Assembly: GCA_028023455.1 (NCBI GenBank)
Contig: JAQFVV010000008.1
Coordinates: 15,190,001 to 15,254,000 of the forward strand
From: Epiperipatus broadwayi
Taxonomy: Eukaryota > Animalia > Onychophora
Direction of reading: 5' to 3'
DNA length: 64,000 bases
The stretch's first letter is position 1. Each line of letters opens with the position of its first letter. Below, piece after piece: positions 43,301 through 54,572 of the stretch. The notes beneath the pieces are model-generated. The model was not told where the DNA came from. It made no database searches and was given only the letters and a program-made list of their open reading frames with translations. The position numbers and the translations under genes were made by a program.

Positions 43301-44956
43301 ATCAAATAATTGGCTTTCATAAGACTGGAATGTGTTTAAATTGTTAGATGTTTTTAAATTTCAATAAACTGACTCATAAGTCTTATATCATATTTTTATA
43401 AAGTAACTAATATCAAAGTCAGAGGTGAGTCCAATTTCTAAAAAATATGATGTAAAATCTAATGTAATCAACTTTTGATTGAAAACATATTATGCTCCAT
43501 AACTCTCATGCCAATAAGTCTATTTGATAGATCCACAGAGCATCTTTGGCATTATGAACATGAAAATTCATAGTCATGTTAAAAAATGTGATTTAAGAAC
43601 TATGAAAGAATCTATTGAAATTTTAATAGGGCCAAACAATTTAAATAAATGTGATGAAATTCAGGATGGAAGCCAGTTATTTTATCCCTTTTTCTGAATC
43701 AATTTTAATAAATCATCTGATTGTAAAATGGAAGTATTTCTTATAATTCACCATCTATTCTGAATGGACAACCATCTATATCTAATATGTATATATGAAT
43801 GTTCTTTGTTTCATGTGCAGTCACAATCACATTATTACTGGAGATAAAACAGTTCTTAGCAAGGATGAATGTAATTTCATCAAAACATCAGTAGTTTAAA
43901 CAAAAATTAATACATAGCATGATCCAAAAAAGATTGTAATTTTTTATATGTATTGTTTTCATCAATTTATTATTATTCCATAAAACTGAACTGAATAATC
44001 CTATTGCCTATCATTTTGGATGATTGATTCTAAAATATTGGAAAATGTCTGGGTTCAATATTTTTATTTCTCATTATTGATCAATACATTGTTTTCTTCT
44101 ATCACAAATATTTTGTTTTCCCAAAATTAATATTTAATTGGCACTTTCTAAATTCTTCATTAGTTTTTTCACAATTTATTCAATATCCTCAATTAATTAA
44201 AAAAGATTTGTTATAATGTTTAGAATTATTTGAGTGTCTGCCTAAGTTTGTTTCTATTACAAAACTTTTATATAATAGTATGAAAATGAATATTATTACT
44301 AGTGGAAAATCTAATGTACCTATGGAACAGTTTGCAGATAGTCTATAAAACAGACATCAAGATGTGGTACAGGTTTGATGAAGTTTTGAACTTGAAAAGA
44401 TTAAAGGCTGAAATGGAATCTCATCATTTTTGCTTCTAAATTTGCAGAACTATGTTTTGCCCTTCAAATGACCTACAGAACACTATTAATACAATATATA
44501 AAATTTAGTAAACTATGTTCAAAAAATTTTTTATCAGCCAGTGATAGAAGAAAAATCTTCATCAACTTTTATTTAGATGATTATCAACATTTTTTAGATG
44601 GAAAAGTATACTTGGGACTATCTTTTTCTTATAAATAAAAAGTTGCCTCAACAGCAGATTGAATATTCTTGATACAAAGCAACTCCAGTGAGTTGCTTCT
44701 GCATTTACCAAATTTAAAGATAGGATATTATATAATAATATAAATTCAACTAATTAATTTGTATATTTTGCTAAAATTTAGATTCCTTATTATTGTAATA
44801 TGAAATTTTAGCGAAAAAATATTTATGGATGTTCCACAAGATATTGAAAATATGACAAAATTTAAAGTTTATTTGATATATTTTTCAGATTCCATTAAAA
44901 ATCACATTAACAGTATTTCTTATGATTTATACAAACTTTCCACTCAATAATGCCAT

Positions 44957-45233
44957 CCAGTACAAGCCAGAGTAATCAATAGATGGAAGAAGGTTTGTGC
45001 ATAAAAGTCCTATCTAGTGCCTACTTATCCAATATTCCCAGACTAGTTTTTAGCTTGTGGCTTTCATCTATTAGGAGCCTTGTATCTAGGTGCAATGCTT
45101 TCAGATCTAAGACTCCTCACTAATAAAAGCCACAAGCTAAAAACTAGTCTGGGAATATTGGATAAGTAGGCACTAGATAGGAATTTTATGCACAAACCTT
45201 CTTGCATCTACTGATTACCCTGGCTTGCACTGG
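44957..45233. repeat. Foldback: 108-bp inverted arms (44957-45064 / 45126-45233, 5 mismatches) made of two head-to-head copies of the HHR-bearing element seen at 34.1 kb
   Basis: Direct reverse-complement comparison of the arms. Each arm carries AGC-CACAA-GCT-A-AAAA-CTAG-TC-TGGGAA, a decayed form of the 34.1-kb HHR. Confidence 0.9.
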
Positions 45234-46539
45234 GTGATACTACTGTGGGGAAAGTTTTGCTTCTATTCTTCAGGTTTCTGGGTAAATGGTATTGAAACTG
45301 TCATAGTATTGGCACATCTTCATTGAACTGTGCATGCAAAGTGAATTAATAAGTATATTATAATCTTTAAATATATATATGAGAATGGTTTGTATTATAA
45401 AGATTATCTCAAAGGTATTTTAAAGAGGTTCAAAATTTAAAAAGTAAAAATCGCTGCAGAAGTCAAAAACAGCATTGCAAGATGTTAATAAAACTGGTCA
45501 AAGTACTGACATGATATATTTCGACCTATCTGTGGTTCATGGATTAGTTTATATAATTATCACAAAAGCCATCTTTAAATTTTTACTTTTTAATCTTTCT
45601 TTCTACTTTTTTTTTTTTTTAGGAGTTAAAATGGTCAAATTAATTTATGAGTGATTGATAATTTACTGCATATGTAACATATTTTTAATCTCGAAATTAT
45701 CAATCACCTTTTTTTATTCCCCGCCCACCCATAAACATTTATGAATTCTCCCGTAATCTTATTATTGTAAATACGAAAAAAGTCATTATTTTTAAAAATG
45801 GGAATACTCTCACTTTTTTTATAGGTACTTTAACGTTGGTCAAATATTATGTTTTTATGATGATGAAGTGCGAAGAAATCATCAGTAATGATTTCAGTTT
45901 TAAGTTATTCATTTTGTCTTTTCAGAAATAATTATAACTTTAACCATTTTAAATTTTTCTAAATATCAATTTGTGAAATATTAATTATATATCAATTATA
46001 ATCCGTCAATCATAAAATTCAAATTGTAACGATTCTATAAAATAATTTAAATTATTGTATATTATTTATCACTTCTCTTATAATAATCATGGTCTTATTA
46101 TAAACTAAATCTTTGGAGTCAAGAAAAATAAAATAAAAATAGCATGCTGATTTGATTCTTTTAATGGTGTGATGGAATTTTTGATATTTTTTTCTTTTTG
46201 CTGTAGAAATATATTTAATATCAATTTCAGTTTTCTATATTTAATCATTGATTAGTGAAACTTCATAATTATTAGCCATCTTAACGTTACTTTTCATTCG
46301 AATACAGTTGTGTTTTTTATGCTTTGCTTAAAATTTAGAAAATGATTGAGTCATCTAATATTCAATAATATTATATTGTTTTGATAATCTTAACCATCTG
46401 TGATTACTGGAGTCTACTTATCTAGACATTTCCTGAAATCTGCATATTTGAAAATTACTTTAATTCTCTAATTTTTGTTTCATAATTTTCAACTATTGTC
46501 AATCAACTGAAGGATAAAGGTTCTATTTCTTTTATCAAT

Positions 46540-46690
46540 AATTTCTCTTCATCCCTTCTCCAAACTTTATCTCATCTGTCCATTACACAGGTAGTATCTC
46601 TTAAAGTTTAGATCTTTCACAATCTCTTGGTTTCCAGTTTATGCCCAACTCCATTTCATTCTCTTAATTTTTTTCATGAGATTAGTAACA
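46540..46690 (-). mobile_element. Decayed, internally deleted RTE 3' fragment
   Basis: GCCCAACTCCATTTCATTCTCTTAATTTTTTTCATGAGATTAGTAACA matches GCCCAACTCCACTTCAATCTTTTAATTTTTTCAATGAGGTTAGTAACA at ~26836-26883. Confidence 0.6.
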
Positions 46691-47041
46691 TATTTATTTC
46701 TAAAATTATGATTGTTTCATCTCACATGAAATAGACAACTTACCTCACTTAATATTTCTTAAGATCTAAATATTAATTGTGATCACTCAAATGTAGACAA
46801 AATTTATGTATGTAGCACATCAATAAATTGAATGTTTATATACATATTCAAGCTAAACTACAGATGAGATTATTCTGTACTTTTTTGCTTATTGACAGAA
46901 TTGTATTAGTTTTTATATAGCTTTCTGGAGTTTTCAGTAACTTCCACATATATTTCTTCAGATAATATAATAGAGATAAAAAAAGTTTATATTAAATGCT
47001 TTTATTGAATGTGCATTAAAAAGCAAAAAAAAAAAAAAAAA

Positions 47042-47213
47042 TTTCTTCAACCACAATTGGCGCTTTTAGATTTAACTTGAAATAAACATGGAGTCCAGAA
47101 ATTAATTAAGTCAGTTTCTATTTGTTATACCAAGTAATTGACTTAATTAATTTCTGGACCATTATCCTTTTATTTCAAGTTAAATTTACATACCCCATTT
47201 GTTGTTGAATAAA
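47042..47213. mobile_element. Palindromic MITE-like element (copy 1)
   Basis: Imperfect palindrome TTTCTTCAAC...GTCCAGAAATTAATTAAGTCA / TGACTTAATTAATTTCTGGAC...GTTGAATAAA. A second copy is at 52125-52294, with shared right-flank homology extending ~140 bp. Confidence 0.7.
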
Positions 47214-47989
47214 CTTTTTTTTTCTTTTTTGGCATATGGTCAATAAAAGCATTTACTAGATATAAAAAATATCTTTATTATTTTTAAGTTGGCATAGTAA
47301 ATGAAAATATAAAACCATTTCATACTTTAAATTGACAATACTTATAGTTGATAGTGTAATTGTCTGAATGTACGACCCACACAAAAGTCACCTAAGAGCG
47401 ATTTATATTTGTGTTTCTCTTTCTGACATTACAGAACAACAATTTCTTTTTTTATAGTTCACCAAGTTCAATTAGTCACTTGAGACTCATCCTATTCTAA
47501 TTAAATTATTGATTGCAAAATAATGAAAAATTGCCAAAAACTTTGTGGTACATTACAATTTATTTACATATACACATAAAGTTAACATACACAATCACAT
47601 AAATTAACTGCCTGGTCACTTTATAAACAAGTTAATATGTTTAATGGATGATTGATTCAATAATTAAATTTATTCATGCAATAATTAAGTTTATGCACAG
47701 ATGCTAAGTTGCCGCATAGACTAACTATCACACACAATTATTACAGTTTTAAGATTAATAAACCTACAGGCTGAGGACACAATAAAATTATAAACTATTT
47801 AAATAACCAGACTACCATAAATGTTTTTTTTATCAAAAACAAACTATTAATCCAGAAAATAAATAAATACATAATATTGTATGATAAAATCAATAGTCAA
47901 ATTAAAGTTCAATAGGCAGATTCTACCAAGTGTTAACAATTAAATAAAAAAAGATAGAAAAAAATACAATTTTATATATATATACACAT

Positions 47990-49030
47990 GGGCCTCTTTT
48001 TACACAGACTTATTTAACACGATTTTGAAGTTACGCGATTCATGTTTCACCGGAAGTCAAACTCCGATAATGCGCTATTACTTTGAATAATAAATTTCGT
48101 GCACTTACATTATATTGAAAGTAATAGCACATTATTGGAATTCGACTTTCATCTTAGTAATTTCAATATTTTCAGTGCTTTATAATAGTAAGATTTTATG
48201 CAATAATGAAATTAAAATCATGATTTCCACATTTTATGTATACACCCATTAAATTTTACAAGATTATAATGTAAATTTGTTCAAACATTGTGCGTGTTAA
48301 TTTTGCATTTTAAATCATTCTGTTTTTGCTTTTTAAAAAAGAACGTAATCAATTGTTAATCATTTAGTGTCCACAAATTTATTTTTAAAATGTGAGAAAT
48401 AGCAATGGGCACAATTAAATTTGACAATTAAAATCTGATTTTTAATTGTAATTAACAATTTAAAAATTACTTACAGCGACTTGAAATTAATGTGATGTGA
48501 AATTTGATTTTTAAACGAAATTGAAAATTAAAAAATTAAAGACAAAAATAAGAATTTAATTTTTAGTTGTTAGTTTCATAAACAATTAATAAAATCATTG
48601 TCTCAAAGATTAATTACTAATTACGTTGTCACCAGAAAATCATTGACATAACATGAGTGTGAAGTTGGCGCTTGTTGTATTTCGGCAAATAGCAATAATA
48701 ATTAAAACGTGTATAAAAAAATGTAAATTATGCATAAAAATATATTATTTTGAATAAAATTAAATATTATAGTGGAAAAAAGTTTGTCTTGTATCAATTT
48801 TTTTCAAATTTGAAATTTTTTATTAGTAATATTTTATTTCCTTATTTTTTTTTTTTTTTTTTTGCGCGAATTTTAAAGTAATTTTACATTGGTGCTTTGC
48901 TTTTATGCAAATGTTGAAAAATCACAGGCCACATCCCCCCTTTTTCAATGTAAGTTACATCTATTTTTGCGCGATTTCGTTTGCATGTGTTTTCTGAGGC
49001 ACCTATCTATCGTGTAAAACGAGACCCAGG
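47990..49030. promoter_or_regulatory. Second CpG-enriched promoter-like island with a candidate minus-strand first-exon donor
   Basis: CCGGAAGT (48050-57), TTTGCGCG motifs (~48861 and ~48966), and minus-strand GCT|GTAAGT (ACTTAC at 48469-74). Confidence 0.4.
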
Positions 49031-49069
49031 TGTATATGTCTTTTCTAAAATAAATAAAAAAAGGTAATT

Positions 49070-50560
49070 GATAATATCCAATCTGATCTTTAAATGTCAA
49101 TTAGATCCCATGTGCTATTAAATAAATCTTGTAATGATATTCGAATGTCTCTTTCTTTTATCGTTTTGATTTTTCTAATTAGAATCTTCAGAGGATCTGT
49201 ACAATTGGAATTGAAGAGAATATCACATAGAGTTAGCCATAAACTATATATTAAAAAAGTGGCATTTCTAATATTAGCAACAAATCCTACTTTAATTGCT
49301 TGTATCAATGCAGATATCAATGAGCCTTTATGTTTATAAATTAAGCTAATAAAAGTTATATAGACTTGCAAATAACTGCATACACCAAAAATGTGTTCAA
49401 TCGTGTCTTCATCTCTGCGACATAAATCATGTAGACCATCAATTGAAGTAAATCCACGGTTTCTTGTTAAAAAGCTACAAGTGGGTAGTGCATTTAAATT
49501 TATTTTTATCAGGAAATCAAAGTATTTTGGCTCCAGACTCCACCATCTTCAACAGATTAAATGTTGCCAAATTAAAACTTGAATTAATAGGCACTATTGC
49601 TTCATTAATGAGATAATAACCCTCCCAGTATTGAACTTTTTGTGATTTAGACTGATTAGGAATTAGGTTCATTTTTTTAATTTTAAATAATAACTCAGCC
49701 AACCAGCAATTCATTGCTGGAGGTGGGGTGTCTGTGGTATCAATATCAACTAAATAAAATTCTTGAGGGATAATATGATTCAGTCTCAAAAATAAGTTGA
49801 AGGCCCACTGGAGTCTAAACACTTTCAGTGAGTGCAGCCCAAGACCACTTAGTCTGGTAGGTGTGTGCATCTTCCTGAGGCTAATTGCTACAGTCTCCCC
49901 CCCCATAGTAGCCTAGAACAAATTGAATTGATACCATGAATGAATTTAGCTGTGAATTTAATAAATGGCATGAAGTAATCAATCCTTGGAAATAACATGT
50001 TCAAAAGGGCTGTCTTGAAATAAAGAGACATATATACTTTCTGTAGAGAACCAACTATTCTGTTAGTTACTAATATGATTGAATTTTCGATCTCTCTCCT
50101 CATTGCAAGCTGAGAGAGGTTAAATGCAAAGCCAAGAAATTTCTGGGGTTTAGCTGTGAAGGGTGAGGGAATGTTATTTCCAGATGATAATCTCCATGCT
50201 ACTGATTTTTCAATGTTGAAACTAAGCCTTGAATCTTCTGAAAAAGTGGACATAAGCTTCATAAGATTTGGAATATACTTCCGAGAAGGCAGGAATATGG
50301 CTATATCATCAATGTATGCAATTAGATTAATTTCTTTATTAATGTAAGGAATGAAGATTCCAGGAATATTTTTCTCTATAGATTTCAGGAAAGAATTAAC
50401 ATATAAAATAAATAGAAGTGCGCTTAAAGGAGAGCCCTGAGAAATAGATTTAGTAGGAATGAAAGACTCCATTAATTTACCATTTAAAAATATAGCAATT
50501 TTCCATAAATATTTTTGGGCTGTAATGTGGGTAAGAGGCAACATCGGCATTACATTATTT
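49070..50560 (-). mobile_element. 5'-truncated L1/Tx1-clade LINE ORF2 remnant (RT, thumb and C-terminal CCHC knuckle)
   Basis: ORF 49888-50550 has SISQGSPLSALLF, AYIDD, FNIEKS, KFLG, SLYFKTALLN and LLWGG. Downstream frames give DLCRRDEDTIEHIFGVC and LWLTLCDILFN. Several frameshifts. Confidence 0.88.
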
Positions 50561-52124
50561 ATTGATAGATATGTACATGTGAACTAGGAGCACACAGGAT
50601 AGGAATTTATGTCGATCATGTATTAAGCATAAGAGTAATCATCCAAGACATACAAAAACAAGGCCGATAATATACAGTAGGAATTTCTGACTACCGCATA
50701 CTACTTCTCTAAATAAAATAATGAATAATAAATTACATCAAATGAATTTCATATGTAAATAAAACAGCTCAAAATAAAGATTACAGCAGTTCACTTGCAT
50801 CAATACTCCCAATTATCCTTCAAAACTGGAGGGTAGTTTGCTTAAGACTAAGTTATTAAAAAACAATTTAAAAGATAATATTCTATCTATGCAGCTCACT
50901 TAAATTCCCTTTAGTATTCATTAAATTACAGTTTAAATTATTGTTTATATTTTTGATGAAATGAAAATGATTGAAAATAAATCATTAAAAGCATGGCCAG
51001 AAATTGTGATAATAAACTTAAATTGCTTTATATAAAATTATTGCCGACTAACATAAGGCATGATAAAGAGAGCAAAACAATAATCTTTTGTCATACTCAC
51101 TTATAAACAGGTTTAACAATTACTTCATTAAAATATTTTTATTAGAGAAAAGATAAATAATAGTAATGTTAGAACTTTATAACATTCTTTTAAAGTTCAT
51201 ACCTATTTCAGCATTAAAAATTTGTGTTCAGTTTTTAGGTATTGTTTGTTCTTGGCAGACAATATTTGTTGAACCATGGTTATGGTGGTGGTAGGTTTTA
51301 AACATAATTCAAAATTGACTAGGTAGCTTCATTAGTAATTTATTTTTTAAATAACATCTGGTTTCTCTCTGTAGTTTCGGATATTAGAAGTTTATGTATA
51401 TAAAGCATATATATATTAAAAACAACATTCATTAGTTGACAACTTTCTTTTCTGGACTCAGTAATGGACTGGATTTTACTCCACTGATTGGTCAGATTGA
51501 AGAAAATGATTGTTTCTCTACTCCTGCATGGCATTGGAACCAAAATATACAAACAAGTACACGGATGGGAAGCTGACTGAAACAAGCATAATGACCAAAG
51601 CACATAGCAGAATAACAAGAATCAGAATAATAATAAACCAGCTTATAATTCCTATTTATATCTTTTTGACCTGATTATCAGCTAATATAGAATAGATCAG
51701 TATTTGTTTAAAACCTTCATCTAATTTTGTGGATAATATCCAACCTCCATTTTGGTTAACATTTCAATTTTCCCAATCATATCATTTACAAATTTTTATT
51801 TTTGAAAGTGGTAAATAAAATAAGTCTAAATTACAACAGATATTTATCTCCTTACTTAATTATTCTGTTTGCAAGTATTTTAATTACTTTTTCTAAGAAT
51901 TTCATTTCCACTTTGTAATTGCTAATTAAAAAACACATTTTGTTTTAACAAACTTAAAATAAATTTATCATTAATTCAACCATATACATTTATCTATGTA
52001 TATAAATGATATATATTTTTAAAATTGTTTAAAACATATTTACATATTTTTAAAATTCCTTTGAATGTTTTAAAATACTAATGTGAAGCACATAAATATG
52101 CACTAAAAAGAAAAATAATAATTA

Positions 52125-52294
52125 TTTCTTCAACTACAATTAGAGCTCTTAGATTTAATTTGAAATCAAAGCATGAGAGTCCAGAAATTATTTAAGTCAA
52201 TTCCTATCTTTTATACTAAAGAATTGACTTAATTTCTTGACCCCATGCTTTTATTTCAAGTTAAATCTAAAATCCCCAATTGTGGTTGAAGAAA
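52125..52294. mobile_element. Palindromic MITE-like element (copy 2)
   Basis: TTTCTTCAACTACAATT...GTCCAGAAATTATTTAAGTCAATT / AATTGACTTAATTTCTTGAC...AATTGTGGTTGAAGAAA; aligns with 47042-47213. Confidence 0.7.
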
Positions 52295-53585
52295 CATTTT
52301 TTAGTACATGATGAATAAAAGCATTTAATATATAAAAAAAATTATCTTTAATATTTTTAAGTTTTTAGTATTGGTACAGTAAATAAAAATATAAAACTAT
52401 ATCATACTTTAAATTAACTGAATATTTATAGTTGATATATATATATGTATATTAAAATGTATAACCCTTATATTAAAATGTATACTCCTTATGTGTGTAT
52501 CATATTTAGTATGTGTACATAATATGTGTATTGAAATTTTTTTATTTTTAAAAATGCTTACCAAAACTATTGTAAATGAACTTAATATGTATAATTTTAT
52601 TTTAAATCAATTTCATATATATATATATATATCAGTAGATATTTCTGCAGTAAAAGTTAATATGTATACTCTTTAATATATATCATTTGATATATATACA
52701 TAATTATATATGTATAAGATATTAATAAGTCATCTATTTAAAAAAATTAATGTTTCCTATCACTTTCATAGACATTTTAAACAATGTACAAAATCTCAAC
52801 AAGTAATATTGAATATATATTGCTTATAATAACTTCTTTCATGTACACTTTAATGCAAAAAGTTTTTTTAATAAAACTTCTTTATTTTCCTGACAGTTTC
52901 AACTGTCCAGCAGTCTTCATCAGAGCATTCTCAAACTTCCTGTGCTTTTAAAAAAAATTTGCATTAAAGTATATATGAAAGAAGTTATTATAAGCAATAT
53001 ATGTGAGTATATGAAGAAATGCAAAGAAAGTGAAGGAGAAGAATAAAAGTATATACTTCTAATAAATTATATTGAACTTGAATATATTAAATATCAATTT
53101 TAGAATATTAAAAAATGTTATTAAATTGAAAGATAAAATCTTTATATTACCTTCTTGTGAGTATTATTTAAATCAGAACAAGTAAAATTGATACTGAGCA
53201 TTATTTAAAACATTTGCCTCACTTTTCCTATCTAAGAAACTAAAGAACCTATTAAAAATTAATGCATCCTATCACTTTCATAGACATTTTAAATAAATGC
53301 ACAAAATTTCAACAAGTTATACTGAACTTATAATGTTAATTTTTAAATGTTATTAAATTGAAAGAAAAAATCTTTACACCACTCTCTAGAAAATTAACAA
53401 ATAAACAGATTTTTCAATTTCAATAAAAGCATTTAATAGCTGAAATACACAGGCTTATATATACCTGCATCTATATATGTAATAGACAGGGTATGAGCAC
53501 AGACTTTCTCATGACCCACCACTCTCCACACTATCTCATACCACTGATACACCTGAACACACATATGTTGAAAAGATAAATAATC

Positions 53586-53629
53586 ACCAATATACGTATT
53601 TCATGCTAAACCAGCAATAATCAGTTGGT
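53586..53629 (-). ncRNA. Hammerhead ribozyme copy with a mutated core (CUGAUUA)
   Basis: Same fold as the other two monomers, but the plus strand reads TAATCAG instead of TCATCAG, i.e. G8>U in the catalytic core. Confidence 0.8.
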
Positions 53630-54056
53630 CCAGATTACCATCTCTACACATATATGCTACAAGTGCTCAGATATATATTAAGATACAAATTCTCCTACTT
53701 TAATGGACAGGCTTCAATCTACTCCACACTCCAACTCTTCAACCGTCCATCCAATTGAAAATCTGATGATGGAACGCTCAAAGGCCACCCTGAGGCCGAG
53801 ATTATTGTCACACCCATGTTGACCTAAAGTCAATCCGACCCCTCATGTACAGGACATAATCCATTAAATACATATACAAGGAATAGGCAGACATCTCTAA
53901 TATGTAATAGCTGAAATACACAGGCTTATATATACCTGCGTCTATATATGTAATAGACAGGGTATGAGCACAGACTTTCTCATGACCCACCACTCTCCAC
54001 ACTATCTCATACCACTGATACACCTGAACACACATATGTTGAAAAGATAAATAATC

Positions 54057-54100
54057 ACCAATATACGTATTTCATGCTAAACCAGCAATCATCAGTTGGT
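54057..54100 (-). ncRNA. Minimal type I hammerhead ribozyme, intact core
   Basis: Minus strand ACCAA-CTGATGA-T-TGCT-GGTTT-AGCA-T-GAAA-TACGTA-TA-TTGGT: perfect 5-bp stem I, extendable by AATC/GATT past a TGG bulge; 4-bp stem II; palindromic stem-loop III; AUA cleavage triplet. The 10.1-11.1 pair is U-U, which is non-canonical. Confidence 0.88.
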
Positions 54101-54528
54101 CCAGATTACCATCTCTACACATATATGCTACAAGTGCTCAGATATATATTAAGATAGCAAATTCTCCTACTTTAATGGACAGGCTTCAATCTACTCCACA
54201 CTCCAACTCTTCAACCGTCCATCCAATTGAAAATCTGATGATGGAATGCTCAAAGGCCACCCTGAGGCCGAGATTATTGTCACACCCATGTTGACCTAAA
54301 GTCAATCCGACCCCTCATGTACAGGACATAATCCATTAAATACATATACAAGGAATAGGCAGACATCTCTAATATGTAATAGCTGAAATACACAGGCTTA
54401 TATATACCTGCGTCTATATATGTAATAGACAGGGTATGAGCACAGACTTTCTCATGACCCACCACTCTCCACACTATCTCATACCACTGATACACCTGAA
54501 CACACATATGTTGAAAAGATAAATAATC

Positions 54529-54572
54529 ACCAATATACGTATTTCATGCTAAACCAGCAATCATCAGTTGGT
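54529..54572 (-). ncRNA. Minimal type I hammerhead ribozyme, intact core
   Basis: Identical to the copy at 54057-54100. Confidence 0.88.

Noticed and set aside
47765-47800. CTGAGGA-CAC... and other isolated CTGANGA words (e.g. ~22879, ~55102, ~57682)
   Set aside because: They lack a paired stem II plus GAAA; such words are expected by chance.
53762-53812. Plus-strand CTGATGATG...GGCC-ACCCTGA-GGCC-GAGA in each 472-bp monomer, suggesting viroid-like hammerheads in both polarities
   Set aside because: There are 12 extra nt before stem II, GAGA replaces GAAA, and no stem I or type III closure pairs. It may be a dead relic, but it cannot be supported.
53808-54507. 75-aa minus-strand ORFs repeated in the array
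   Set aside because: They span the monomer junction, have no recognisable domain, and repeat only because the DNA does.
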